From the NCBI GenBank assembly GCA_963767925.1, contig CAVYGB010000002.1, forward strand, positions 1,120,001 to 1,184,000: 64,000 bases of DNA, given 5' to 3'. A model generated the notes under the pieces. It searched no databases and was not told the DNA's origin. It worked only from the letters and a program-made list of their open reading frames with translations. The translations under genes and the position numbers were made by a program. This stretch comes from an uncultured delta proteobacterium. GTDB taxonomy: Bacteria; Myxococcota_A; Polyangia; Fen-1088. Shown here piece by piece: positions 38,814-48,333 of the stretch (position 1 is the stretch's first letter; every line of letters begins with the position of its first letter).

Positions 38814-39224
38814 ATGTACCTGCTCGATACAAACGTGGTCTCGGAGCTGAGGCGTCTTAAACCCCACGGCGCCGTGCTCGCCTGGATCGCCGGTCAGCAG
38901 GACCGTGATCTGCACGTCTCCGCGGTCACCATCGGAGAGCTCCAGGCGGGCATCGAGATCACCAGGGAGCAGGATGCCGAGAAGGCGAAGGCGCTCGAGA
39001 CGTGGCTCGATCAGGTGGCGCAGTCGTACAACGTGCTCGCGATGAACGCCGCCGCCTTTCGGGCATGGGCCAAGCTCATGCATCGCCGTTCCGACCAGCT
39101 CCTCGAAGACGCGATGATTGCGGCAACCGCGCAGGTCCACGGGCTGATCGTGGTAACGCGAAATGTCCGCGACTTCCGGGCGCTGGGCAGCAAGACGGTC
39201 AATCCGTTCCAGACGCCAAGGTGA
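38814..39224 (+). CDS. vapC: VapC PIN-domain toxin
   Basis: YLLDTNVVSE, DAMIAATA, VTRNVRDF. Confidence 0.93.
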   Translation: MYLLDTNVVSELRRLKPHGAVLAWIAGQQDRDLHVSAVTIGELQAGIEITREQDAEKAKALETWLDQVAQSYNVLAMNAAAFRAWAKLMHRRSDQLLEDAMIAATAQVHGLIVVTRNVRDFRALGSKTVNPFQTPR

Positions 39225-39396
39225 CCAGATGAGGTGACAGAGCCGCGGAGCCCACTCCTGGGCTCCACGCAGTCGCGACCATGGTCGACCGCAGGAGCCC
39301 CGCGGTATCTTCTCGAAGTGAAGCTCAGCGCTAGCCACCTCCACGGAGACGGTCCCTCAGGCTGGTGAAAATCATCGTCACCCTGGCGAAGCAGCA

Positions 39397-40293
39397 CTAC
39401 CTCTCCGCACTGGCGGCGCAGCGGAAGCCGGCATCGTAGGCCACGTAGGGTTTGGTGGGGTTGTTGCGGTTGTAGATGCGCGAGAAGAACTCGTAGTCGC
39501 GCCAGCCGCCGCCCTTGATGACGTGCCCGCGCGCACCGGGGCACCGCCGGGCGCCGGGACAGGGGCCGCGCGGGTTGCGGCCACCCGCCCCCGCCCGCGA
39601 GACCGCCGCGACGTACCAGTCGCTGACCCATTCCGGAACGTTGCCGGTGAGGTCGCAGAGGCCTTCGGATGAGCGCCCCTTCGGGCGGCTGCAGACGGGG
39701 CGGGTGAAGGGCCGGTCGGCGGGTCGATCGCCGGCGCACGGGTCGGACGGCTCTCTCGTCAGGGTGACCGCCTGCTCGCAGCGGGGAGTGCCGGGGTCGA
39801 GGCCCCAGGGGAAGACACGGCCGTCGGGCGTGGGGCCGAGTGCCGCCCGCTCCCACTCCGCCTCGGTGGGCAGCCGCTTTCCCGCCCACCGGCAATAGGC
39901 GCTGGCCTGCTCCCAGGGTACGCCGCTGACCGGGTGCTGCTCGCGGCCGGGCAAGCGCGAGTTGACCTCCCCGGCTGGACTGGGCGCGACCTCCGTGCAG
40001 GCGCTCGCGGCCACGCACCGTCGGTACGCCGCCACCGTCACCTCGGTGCGGTCAATCCGGAACGGGTCCAGGCACACGCGCCGCGCGGGCCCGGCCAGGT
40101 CCTTCTGGCACCCTCTCTTCAGCCCGCACCCCACTTCGAGACACCCCCCCGAGATCTCCACCATCTCCGCCTCCACCCCCAGCGGATCCGCGCCGCCAAC
40201 CGCCGCCTTCGCCCCCTGCGTGGCACGCGCAAGGGCCGGCGCGAGCAGCGCCGCGAGTGCTACTCCTGCCAGCCAGGCGCGGTGGTCGGACAT
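39397..40293 (-). CDS. exported FGE/SUMF1-domain protein
   Basis: Signal peptide, RLPTEAEWE, DLTGNVPEW, GFRCA; TGATG overlap with upstream gene. Confidence 0.85.
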   Translation of the reverse strand: MSDHRAWLAGVALAALLAPALARATQGAKAAVGGADPLGVEAEMVEISGGCLEVGCGLKRGCQKDLAGPARRVCLDPFRIDRTEVTVAAYRRCVAASACTEVAPSPAGEVNSRLPGREQHPVSGVPWEQASAYCRWAGKRLPTEAEWERAALGPTPDGRVFPWGLDPGTPRCEQAVTLTREPSDPCAGDRPADRPFTRPVCSRPKGRSSEGLCDLTGNVPEWVSDWYVAAVSRAGAGGRNPRGPCPGARRCPGARGHVIKGGGWRDYEFFSRIYNRNNPTKPYVAYDAGFRCAASAER

Positions 40294-41576
40294 CAAGGAT
40301 AGAGCTCGGGGTGGCGGACGCGGAGCACCTCGTCTCGGCGTTGCGCGAGGGCGGAACGCTCGGAGTCCGGGAGGTCGGCGGCAGCGAGGGCGTTCTGCAG
40401 ATCCTGGTAGTAGCGATCGAGCCGAGGATCCTGGGCACCAGGAGCCAGAGTCCTGCGGCCACTCTGGTATTCTGCCCAGACCCCCTCGCTCCCGCGCAGG
40501 GCGTCCTGGGCGTCCAGCCAGGTGAGGCTCGGGAACCGCTGCTCGCCGTCGACGATGTTCCACGAGGCCGCGTGGCTCCCGCTCGGGTCGACCCGACTGG
40601 GGTCGTCACCGTCGGTGCGGGTGGCCCAGCTGCGCAGGTGCGCCGGGGCGGCGGTCTCGGCCAGCGGGCTGGTGCCGTTGTAGGCCCAGAAGCTCTTCAG
40701 GTTGGGGAGATCCCGCCGGAACTGGTCGAGCTCGTTCGGCTTGGCCGAATAGCAGGACGACATGGCCAGATGCTCGATCTTGCCCGCCCCCTCGGGGAAG
40801 ATCTTGGCGATGTCCCGGATGGTCTGGTGGTCGATCCAGCCCGAAGCGCCGTCGCCGCTGACCGAGTCGCCGCTGCCGTGGCCGGAGATGACCAGCCGGT
40901 TGGCCGCCAGGTCCCCGGAGCCCATCCGGTGCAGCGCCAGCGCGAGCTGGGCCAGCTCGTCCCGAGTGTTCACGTCGACCCGGCCGAGCCGGTCGATCAG
41001 GGCGTCGGCGCGTGCGGCCGGGACCCTGTCGGGGCCGCCAACCAAGGTGTCCCGGAAGTCCCTGCGGCCGGCGTCGGCACCGAGGTCGAAGCGGCGGCCG
41101 TCGTAGTCAACCTTGCCGTCCGAGGCGTGGGCCTTGATCGCGTGCACGCCACCGCCGGCCGGTGGAGTCTCGGCCCGTAGTGCGCGCACTTCCTGCGAAG
41201 AGGCTGGCCGCATCCCGAGGTGGACGATTCCCTGCGATCGGGCGGCCAGTCGGCGGCTGGTAACCTCCTCTTTCAGCTTCTCGTATGCCGCACCAGCGAC
41301 TGTGGGTTGCGCATCGGCGGCAGTGCTCTGTTTGAAGGCGAACGACCGGGAGGATCCGTTCGCGTCGGCCTGATCGATGAGATCGAACAGGGCGCCCATC
41401 TCATTCGCGCCCCGGATCTGAGCGTCCGTCCCGGCGATCCTTTTGAGATCTGTCGCGTCGATGCCGGCGTCAAGGAGCTTCTGCCGCAGCCCGGGCGGAA
41501 GATCGTTGAGGTTGAGCGACCCGCCATCATCTCCCAGGTCGCGGATAAACTCGCTGCGCGTGATGTTGTTGGACAT
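40293..41576 (-). CDS. hypothetical protein with predicted caspase/CHAT-like (clan CD) His-Cys dyad
   Basis: RLVISGHG ... HLAMSSCYS; AGGAG RBS. Confidence 0.6.
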   Translation of the reverse strand: MSNNITRSEFIRDLGDDGGSLNLNDLPPGLRQKLLDAGIDATDLKRIAGTDAQIRGANEMGALFDLIDQADANGSSRSFAFKQSTAADAQPTVAGAAYEKLKEEVTSRRLAARSQGIVHLGMRPASSQEVRALRAETPPAGGGVHAIKAHASDGKVDYDGRRFDLGADAGRRDFRDTLVGGPDRVPAARADALIDRLGRVDVNTRDELAQLALALHRMGSGDLAANRLVISGHGSGDSVSGDGASGWIDHQTIRDIAKIFPEGAGKIEHLAMSSCYSAKPNELDQFRRDLPNLKSFWAYNGTSPLAETAAPAHLRSWATRTDGDDPSRVDPSGSHAASWNIVDGEQRFPSLTWLDAQDALRGSEGVWAEYQSGRRTLAPGAQDPRLDRYYQDLQNALAAADLPDSERSALAQRRDEVLRVRHPELYP

Positions 41577-41745
41577 AGGAGAGGCTCCTGACCGTCGACT
41601 CTGTTCGCAGCTTAATCGGATCCCAGCCGGGTAGGTTGCCAGTGGTCACAAGATTCCGATGGATAGGAGCCGGCCCCCTCGCGAATGGGTCGCTCTCAGC
41701 TTCGCTGCCCGCCGGCGCCCTGACGTCGACGGCGCCGGTGTCTCC

Positions 41746-41961
41746 GGGTGGGCGAAACTAGCGCCGTGATCAAGTTCGCTACTGGTGTCGCCTTTTGGGT
41801 GAGCTCAGGTTCCGCTCCGACACCATCCCGGTTCGACGGGGACCCCAACAGCATCTCCGGTTTCCACGAAGACCGCCGCGCACCCTGGGGTGATCCGCGC
41901 AGGTACCCGCTCGAACGAGTGAGCGGGTCGGCCTCGCAATCCTGTCGGTTCACAGGGGTGG
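41746..41961 (+). ncRNA. candidate structured RNA with ydaO/c-di-AMP riboswitch-like motifs
   Basis: CGGGGACCCCA...TGGGGTGAT...GGTA[stem]...AATCCTGTCGGTTCAC with nested complementary segments. Confidence 0.4.
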
Positions 41962-41963
41962 CT

Positions 41964-42023
41964 CGCGGCCGCCCGCCCGGGCGGGAGCGCTGGTCTGGGG
42001 CTGCTCCCGCCGGGGCGGCCGCG
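41964..42023. terminator. long GC hairpin downstream of ssb
   Basis: CGCGGCCGCCC/GGGCGGCCGCG plus GCGGGAGC/GCTCCCGC; no U tract. Confidence 0.45.
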
Positions 42024-42043
42024 GGGGCGGACCGGTCGCGTCG

Positions 42044-42412
42044 TCAGGCCGCTTCGCGGTCGCTGCTTTCGCTGGTGGCGCCGGGGCCGCCGAGGAAGAC
42101 GACGCGGTTGGCGACCACGTCGGTGGCCCAGCGTTTCTTGCCGTCTTCGCCGTCCCAGGAGCGGCTCTCGAGGCGGCCTTCCACGTAGACGCTGCGGCCC
42201 TTCTTGAGGTAGCGGGCGCATTGTTCGCCCACGGGACCCCAGGCCGTTACCCGGTGCCACTCGGTCTTCTCCTGCCGTTGCCCGCTGGCGTCCTTGAACA
42301 CCGCGGTGGTCGCCAGCCGCAGGTGGCAGCAGGCCCGGCCCGACGCGATCTGCTTCAGCTCGGGATCCGCACCCAGATTTCCAATCAGAATCACCTTGTT
42401 GACGTTTCCCAT
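42044..42412 (-). CDS. ssb: single-stranded DNA-binding protein, short form without acidic tail
   Basis: VNKVILIGNLGADPE, TEWHRV, KGRSVYVEGRL; ends SDREAA. Confidence 0.95.
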   Translation of the reverse strand: MGNVNKVILIGNLGADPELKQIASGRACCHLRLATTAVFKDASGQRQEKTEWHRVTAWGPVGEQCARYLKKGRSVYVEGRLESRSWDGEDGKKRWATDVVANRVVFLGGPGATSESSDREAA

Positions 42413-42710
42413 CTCGCTCTTCCTTTCCTGATTCTTCCTGTTCTTCCGTTCCTCACGTTTCTGACTTCTCGGACTTCCTTCGCCCCATCTGCCATCCCGC
42501 GACCCCTCGAAGGTTCGACCCGCCCCGGGAGGGCCCGACCGCATGGTCCCGACCTCCCCGTCCCGTCTCCCCGCCCCCAGATCCCGAAGACCGCTGCCGA
42601 ATCCCGCCACCGCTCCCGACTCCCGCGCTCCGCGACTCCCGCCCCGCTCCGCGACTCCCCTCACCCGCTCTCCGTGTCCGACCCGCGGTGGCCGCCGACG
42701 CGACCTGCGG

Positions 42711-43868
42711 TCAGGCGGCGGCGGAGTTGTTGCCGGTGGGGGTAGGGGCGGCTTGTTTCCCGGTGCCACCGGCGGGGCTTCCGGCGGGGGCGGACGCCGG
42801 GGTAGAGCCCCCACTCCCCGCCGGAGCGACCCCGGGGGCCAGGACCGCGGGAACGCCCCCTCCGATCCCGGCGTTCTCATCCTTCCGGCGGGCGACCAGC
42901 AGGGCGCGGAGCTGTTCCGCCGCCTGCGGGTTGTCGCTCATCCACTTGCAGGCGTTCTCCCGGCCCTGGCCGATGCGCTCGGCCTTCCAGGTGTAATAGG
43001 CGCCCGACTTCTCGATCACGCCCGCCTCGACCCCCAGATCGACGATCTCCCCCGGCCAGTTCACCCCGGCGCCGTACATGATCTCGAACTCGCACTCGCG
43101 GAACGGAGGCGCGCACTTGTTCTTGACCACCTTGACCCGGGCCTTGCTGCCGGTCACGACGTCGCCGTTCTTCACCACCCCCGTCTTGCGGATGTCCAGC
43201 CGGACGCTGGCGTAGAACTTGAGCGCGTTCCCGCCGGTCGTCGTCTCCGGGTTGCCATACACGACCCCGATCTTCTGCCGGAGCTGGTTGATGAAGATGA
43301 CCGCCGTGGCATTCCGGGCCGTGGCGGCCGTGAGCTTGCGCAGGGCCTGGCTCATCAGGCGGGCCTGCAGCCCCATGTGGGCGTCGCCCATCTCCCCCTC
43401 GATCTCCGCCTTGGGCACCAGGGCGGCGACCGAGTCGACGACGATCAGATCGACCGCGCCCGTCCCCACCAGGCGGTCGGCGATCTCCAGGGCCTGCTCG
43501 CCGTGGTCGGGCTGCGAGATGAGCAGCTCCTCCACCTTCACTCCCAGCCGCCGGGCGTACGAGAGGTCGAGCGCGTGCTCGGCGTCGATGAAGGCGCACA
43601 CCCCGCCGGTCTTCTGGGCCTGGGCGACCGCCTGCAGGGTGAGGGTTGTCTTCCCCGACGACTCCGGCCCGTAGATCTCGATGACCCGCCCCCGCGGCAG
43701 GCCCCCGACCCCCAGCGCCAGATCCAGCCCCACCGATCCCGTGGGGATGACCGACATCTCGGGGACGTCGCCGCCTCCGAGGGACATGATGGTGCCTTTT
43801 CCGAACTGCTTCTCGATCGCCGAGACGGCGCTGGCGACCACCTTCAGCTTCTCCTTGAGCGTGGACAT
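42711..43868 (-). CDS. recA: recombinase RecA
   Basis: [37 protein letters not shown]. Confidence 0.98.
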   Translation of the reverse strand: MSTLKEKLKVVASAVSAIEKQFGKGTIMSLGGGDVPEMSVIPTGSVGLDLALGVGGLPRGRVIEIYGPESSGKTTLTLQAVAQAQKTGGVCAFIDAEHALDLSYARRLGVKVEELLISQPDHGEQALEIADRLVGTGAVDLIVVDSVAALVPKAEIEGEMGDAHMGLQARLMSQALRKLTAATARNATAVIFINQLRQKIGVVYGNPETTTGGNALKFYASVRLDIRKTGVVKNGDVVTGSKARVKVVKNKCAPPFRECEFEIMYGAGVNWPGEIVDLGVEAGVIEKSGAYYTWKAERIGQGRENACKWMSDNPQAAEQLRALLVARRKDENAGIGGGVPAVLAPGVAPAGSGGSTPASAPAGSPAGGTGKQAAPTPTGNNSAAA

Positions 43869-44073
43869 GTGAACTCTCCTTGCGCGTTTCAGTTGACCGC
43901 TTCGATCCGCGCGCCCACCTCAGCCAGACCCGTGCCAGCCGGCGAGGGCCCTCGCGCCTCGGGGCCGAGCACCCACCCGTCCGGAAGCGGGCCGCGCGGC
44001 CCGACCTACGGACGCCGCCGACCGTCGCCCGACGGTCACCGGACGCGCGATCACCGCGGAAGGGCGGCGCGGA

Positions 44074-45579
44074 TCACGGGCGGTCGAGGACGCGGTACTG
44101 GAGGGCCTCGCCGAGGTGGGGTCCGCGCACGTCGGGGCTCCCATCGAGATCGGCGATGGTCCGGGCCACCCGGCGGACCCTGTCGAGGGCCCGGGCCGAC
44201 AGCCCCATCTTCTCCACCGCGCGCTCGAGCAGCCGGTGGGCCTCGGCGTCGAGCACGACCGATTCGGCCAGGAGCGCCGACGGGATGGAGGCGTTGCTGC
44301 GGGGCCCCCGCAGGCGCTGCCGCCCGCGGGCCTGCTCGACACGGGCGCGCACGCTGGCGCTCGACTCGCCGGGCTCGGCCCGGCTGAGCTCCTTGTAGGT
44401 CAGGGCCGGGACCTCGACGTGCAGATCGATGCGGTCGATCAGCGGCCCGGACAGCTTGGCCCGGTACGAGTTGATCCGGTTCTGCGAGCAGGTGCAGGTA
44501 CGCCGCTGGCTGCCGTGGTAGCCGCAGGGACAAGGATTCAGCGCCGAAACCAGCATGAAGTCCGCGGGGAAGGTCACCGTCCGGCGGGCCCGCACCAGGG
44601 ACACGCTGCGCTCCTCCAGCGGCTGCCGGAGCGCCTCGAGCGCCTGGCGCGGAAACTCGAGCAGCTCGTCGAGGAACAGCACGCCGTTGTGGGCCAGGGA
44701 GATCTCGCCCGGCTTCACCGCCGCCCCTCCCCCCGTCAGCCCGATGGTCGAGACGGTGTGGTGGGGCGCCCGGAAGGGCCGCTCGCGAATCAGCGATCGC
44801 CCCTGGAGCTGCCCCGCCACCGAATAGACCATCGACGTCTCGACCGCCTCCTCGAAGGTCAGGGGCGGCAGGATCCCCGGCAGGCGCCGGGACAGCAGCG
44901 TCTTGCCCGCCCCCGGCTCTCCCGTGAAGAGGAGGTTGTGCCCCCCGGCCGCCGCGATCTCGAGCGCCCGCCGCGCCGGCTCCTGGCCACGCACGTCCCG
45001 CAGGTCCGGCCCCCCCTCCGGCTGCCGGCCGTCCCCCGGGACCGCCACCACCCGGGCAAGCGGCGCCCCGCCCCCCAGCGCGGTGGCCAGCTCTTGCAGG
45101 CCTCCCACCGGGAACACCTGGGTCTCGCCGCTCGCCACCGCCGCCTCCGGCGCGTTCTCCCGCGGCACGAACATGCGCGACACGCCCTGCTTGCGCGCCA
45201 GCGCCGCCATCGGCAACACGCCCCGCACCGGCCGGACCGTCCCGTCGAGCGCCAGCTCCCCCACGAACACGGCGTCGCCGGCACACCCCTCCGGCAGCAG
45301 CCCCGACGCCTCCAGGATCCCGATCGCGATCGGCAGGTCGAAGGCCGCCCCGTCCTTGCGCAGATCCGCGGGCGCCAGGTTCACCGTGATCCGCCGCGGC
45401 GGAACCTTGAACCCGGTGTTCTCGATCGCCCCCCGGATCCGGGCCCGCCCCTCCTTCACCCCGACGTCCGGCAACCCCACGATGTGACACCCCGGCAGCC
45501 CCATGACGAGGTCCACCTCGACATGGATCGGCGAAGCCTGCACCCCGAGCACAGCCGCCGACGAGACCCGCGCGAGCAT
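44074..45579 (-). CDS. comM: YifB/ComM Mg-chelatase-like AAA+ helicase
   Basis: ITVNLAPADLRKDG, GEPGAGKT, PFRAPHHT, LAHNGVLFLDE, NPCPCG, ARTIADL. Confidence 0.93.
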   Translation of the reverse strand: MLARVSSAAVLGVQASPIHVEVDLVMGLPGCHIVGLPDVGVKEGRARIRGAIENTGFKVPPRRITVNLAPADLRKDGAAFDLPIAIGILEASGLLPEGCAGDAVFVGELALDGTVRPVRGVLPMAALARKQGVSRMFVPRENAPEAAVASGETQVFPVGGLQELATALGGGAPLARVVAVPGDGRQPEGGPDLRDVRGQEPARRALEIAAAGGHNLLFTGEPGAGKTLLSRRLPGILPPLTFEEAVETSMVYSVAGQLQGRSLIRERPFRAPHHTVSTIGLTGGGAAVKPGEISLAHNGVLFLDELLEFPRQALEALRQPLEERSVSLVRARRTVTFPADFMLVSALNPCPCGYHGSQRRTCTCSQNRINSYRAKLSGPLIDRIDLHVEVPALTYKELSRAEPGESSASVRARVEQARGRQRLRGPRSNASIPSALLAESVVLDAEAHRLLERAVEKMGLSARALDRVRRVARTIADLDGSPDVRGPHLGEALQYRVLDRP

Positions 45580-45799
45580 CCCGCCCCACCTAGCGAATCC
45601 GGTGCCACCCCTTCGCCGCCCAGCCCCGCCCCCACCAGCGCCCCACCCGTCCGCCCCCCGGATCCCCCGTCCGGAACACAGCCCACCGTCCGGCCCCCCG
45701 GCCCCCACGGGCGCCGCCCTCCGCGACGATCGCTACTCCCTACAGCCAGAGCTGACGTTCGGCCTGCCCCAGGAGGTAACAGAGCACGTGCGCCGGTAC

Positions 45800-45927
45800 T
45801 CGGAGAATCGGTGGACGACGCTCGCCGAGCCGGTGGCGACGATCCGGTATTCGGGGTGATGGTCCACCAGGAGCTTGATCTCGGTACCCCAGTTGCTCGA
45901 GTACTGAACCTCGTCGAGGAGCAGGAG
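45800..45927 (-). pseudogene. internal fragment of an AAA_14-type ATPase
   Basis: Minus frame LLLDEVQYSSNWGTEIKLLVDHHPEYRIVATGSAS (Walker B and TGS). Confidence 0.6.
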
Positions 45928-45929
45928 GC

Positions 45930-46420
45930 AGCGACCAGCCAGTCACCGCGCACGACCGGGACCTCCGTGCGGAGCTGCTGGTACAGCGCCTCGTGGGCGG
46001 TGGCGTTCGAGCGCACGCAGTAGGGGTAAAATGCGGTCAGCGCGTCCCAGGTCCCCTCGTCCCAGCCCAGCTCGGACAGGCGGAAGCGCAGCACCGCCCC
46101 CGCCGCGTCGACCGCCGGTAGCTCGATCAGCCCGGCCCGCCGGGACAGCGAGTTGACGATGAACACGAGGAGCTGGCGGGCGCCTCCAGCTCGGCGGCCG
46201 GGCGCCCCTCGGACAGGAAGTGGGCCAGGCTAACGATTGGAACCCCGGGGGGCGCCGGCGGCCCCCCGGGCACGGGGCCCGTCTGCGTCCCGTCGGGATC
46301 GCTACCGCCGAGGTAGCCCAGGCCCGACGGGTTCGTGCGCAGGCAGCCCGCCGCCGCCGCCAGCGCAAGCGCCAGCAGGGGCAGGGGACAGGCGACGCGC
46401 GCGCGGACCCGGAGGGACAT
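45930..46420 (-). pseudogene. truncated, frameshifted lipoprotein gene
   Basis: AAAGC lipobox; continues in another frame (VNSLS...FYPYC...VRGDW) then breaks at the ATPase fragment. Confidence 0.5.
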
Positions 46421-46435
46421 GGCCGCCCCGCGCGC

Positions 46436-46696
46436 TCAGGCCTCCATCGGCCGTCTGCCGAAGCCGACCGCCTCGACCAGGCAGGCCAGCGCCGCTCCGG
46501 CCGTCGCTCCCACCCCCGTCACCACATCCGAGGCCGATCCGGCGATCGATTCGGCCGCCAGGCCCCCGGCGAACGCCGCCACCGAGGCGAAGAACGTGAA
46601 GAGAATCAACCCGAACAGCCCGCCCCGGCCGCGTACGGCCGCCCAGGTCCCGAGACCGAACATGATGCCCAGTGGTAACGACACGAGCAGCGACAT
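46436..46696 (-). CDS. small membrane protein (about 3 TM)
   Basis: GGAGG RBS, 86 aa hydrophobic, Gly-rich. Confidence 0.7.
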   Translation of the reverse strand: MSLLVSLPLGIMFGLGTWAAVRGRGGLFGLILFTFFASVAAFAGGLAAESIAGSASDVVTGVGATAGAALACLVEAVGFGRRPMEA

Positions 46697-47331
46697 GTTG
46701 AACCTCCTTTGTCCGTTCACTCCCCGCGGCCGGCGCATTCCCGCCGCGGACCGGGGCACACTTCTTCGATTCCGGGTAGCGGTCCCCGCGAACAGAGAAA
46801 CAACAGTGCCCGCGGCGGCGGATTCGTTTCATCCGGCGTGACCGCGCGGGCTCCTCCCACTTGCCCCCACCTGACGCGCACGCACCAATTCCGTCTCGTG
46901 ACCTGGTCATCGTCGCCTCAGGTCAGCGGATCGGCGAATCGCGCGCGGGTAGATCGCCGCACCGGCGGTAGCCGCGTCGGGATCTCACGTCTCAGAGCGC
47001 GCTTCACAGTCATGCTCTTCCTCGCGGGCGACACGCGCCAGGGCCAGGCAGGCCCCGCACGCCAGAACTAAGGAAGGCGAAGGCGATCGACCGGAGCTAC
47101 TCCAGGAGTGGCTTTCCGTTTTGCCCTCTCGGAGCCGGGCTATTGGCCGCCCGGCCGAGGCTCGCGCAAACAGACGCGATAGACGTCCAGTACACCGGAG
47201 CCCGCGTTTTCGGTCAAGCGGTCCGTTGGCATTTCTCCGGACCGGCAGTTACCCCACGCCTCGCGGGATAAGGCGGCGATCGGACAACCTGGCCGCGCCA
47301 GTGTCGACTCGCGGCGAGGAACCGCGCGCGG

Positions 47332-47754
47332 CTACTGCTGGTCGGAGGTGACGATGCCGAGGGTCTTGGCGCCGGCGCCGCGGACGGTGTCCATCAGCTT
47401 GACGACCTCTCCGTACAGCGCGTCGTCCTCGACCTTGAAGAAGACGACCTTCTGGCGGACGAACTTCAGCCGCTCGGAGATCTTGTCGGCCAGGGCGTCC
47501 CAGGCCACCACCTCGGTGTTGACGGTGATCTCGCGCTTGGCGGTGTACTCGACCACGATGGGCGTCGCCGACGGATCGGGCGGCGGCGCGTCGGGGGGCG
47601 CCTTGCGAGGCACGTTGGCCGTCATGTGCTTGAGCATCGACGGCACGAGCACCATGAAGATGATGAGGAGGACGAGCACGACGTCGATGAGCGGGGTGAC
47701 GTTGATTTCGGCCATGGCGCCTTTTTTATTGCCACCGCCTACATCCATTCCCAT
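47332..47754 (-). CDS. ExbD/TolR protein
   Basis: EINVTPLIDVVLVLLIIFMV. Confidence 0.93.
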   Translation of the reverse strand: MGMDVGGGNKKGAMAEINVTPLIDVVLVLLIIFMVLVPSMLKHMTANVPRKAPPDAPPPDPSATPIVVEYTAKREITVNTEVVAWDALADKISERLKFVRQKVVFFKVEDDALYGEVVKLMDTVRGAGAKTLGIVTSDQQ

Positions 47755-47805
47755 GTGCGGATCCTCCTGCGTGCCTTCTGCTGCTGACGGGTCGGAGAGT
47801 AGGCG

Positions 47806-48288
47806 CTAGGGCGCTTGCCCTGACGCCTGCTTGATCTCTTCGGTGCCCAGCATGATGTCTTCGATGCCGATCTTGTTGATCGCTTCCATGACGTCGCGGA
47901 CAGCACCGTACGGCGCCTGCGAGTCACCCTTCAAGTAGATCGTCTTCTCGGGAAAGCGCCGCTTCTCGTCTTCGACGATACGCGGGATGTCCTTCATGAC
48001 GACCTGCTGGCGGTTGATGTAGACCGCCTTGTTGCGGGCCACGGCGACGATGATGTCCTTGCCGTCGTCGGGCTTCTTCGAGTGGTTCTGGGTGCGCGGC
48101 AGGTCGACCTGGACACCGCTCGTGATCATCGGCGTGACGACCATGAAGATGATCAGCAGCACGAGCACCACGTCCACCAGTGGGGTGACGTTGATGTCGG
48201 CCTTGACCGCGCCCTTCGTGTGCTTTTTGCCGGTGCGCATGGCCTTTCGGATCTTGCGCTGCCGGAACTCTGTTGCACTGCCGCTCAT
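47806..48288 (-). CDS. ExbD/TolR protein
   Basis: DINVTPLVDVVLVLLIIFMVVTP. Confidence 0.93.
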   Translation of the reverse strand: MSGSATEFRQRKIRKAMRTGKKHTKGAVKADINVTPLVDVVLVLLIIFMVVTPMITSGVQVDLPRTQNHSKKPDDGKDIIVAVARNKAVYINRQQVVMKDIPRIVEDEKRRFPEKTIYLKGDSQAPYGAVRDVMEAINKIGIEDIMLGTEEIKQASGQAP

Positions 48289-48333
48289 GGATGGTTCACC
48301 CCAGGCTGACCGCTTGGTCGCTCGGCGACCGGG

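Noticed and set aside
39290..39345. Remnant PRYLLEVKLS resembling a DUF4143 C-terminus
   Set aside because: Too short to support
28751..40293. DGR (RT, Avd-like gene and FGE/CLec-fold targets all in the window)
   Set aside because: RT has group II maturase features and DV/DVI, lies antisense to the four-helix gene, and I found no TR/VR pair matching either FGE gene's 3' end
41746..41961. tRNA, tmRNA, 6S or RNase P RNA
   Set aside because: GGTTCGA loop lacks cloverleaf context and CCA; no hallmark motifs or usual synteny of the others
43869..43920. LexA box upstream of recA
   Set aside because: No convincing match to a myxobacterial or E. coli SOS box
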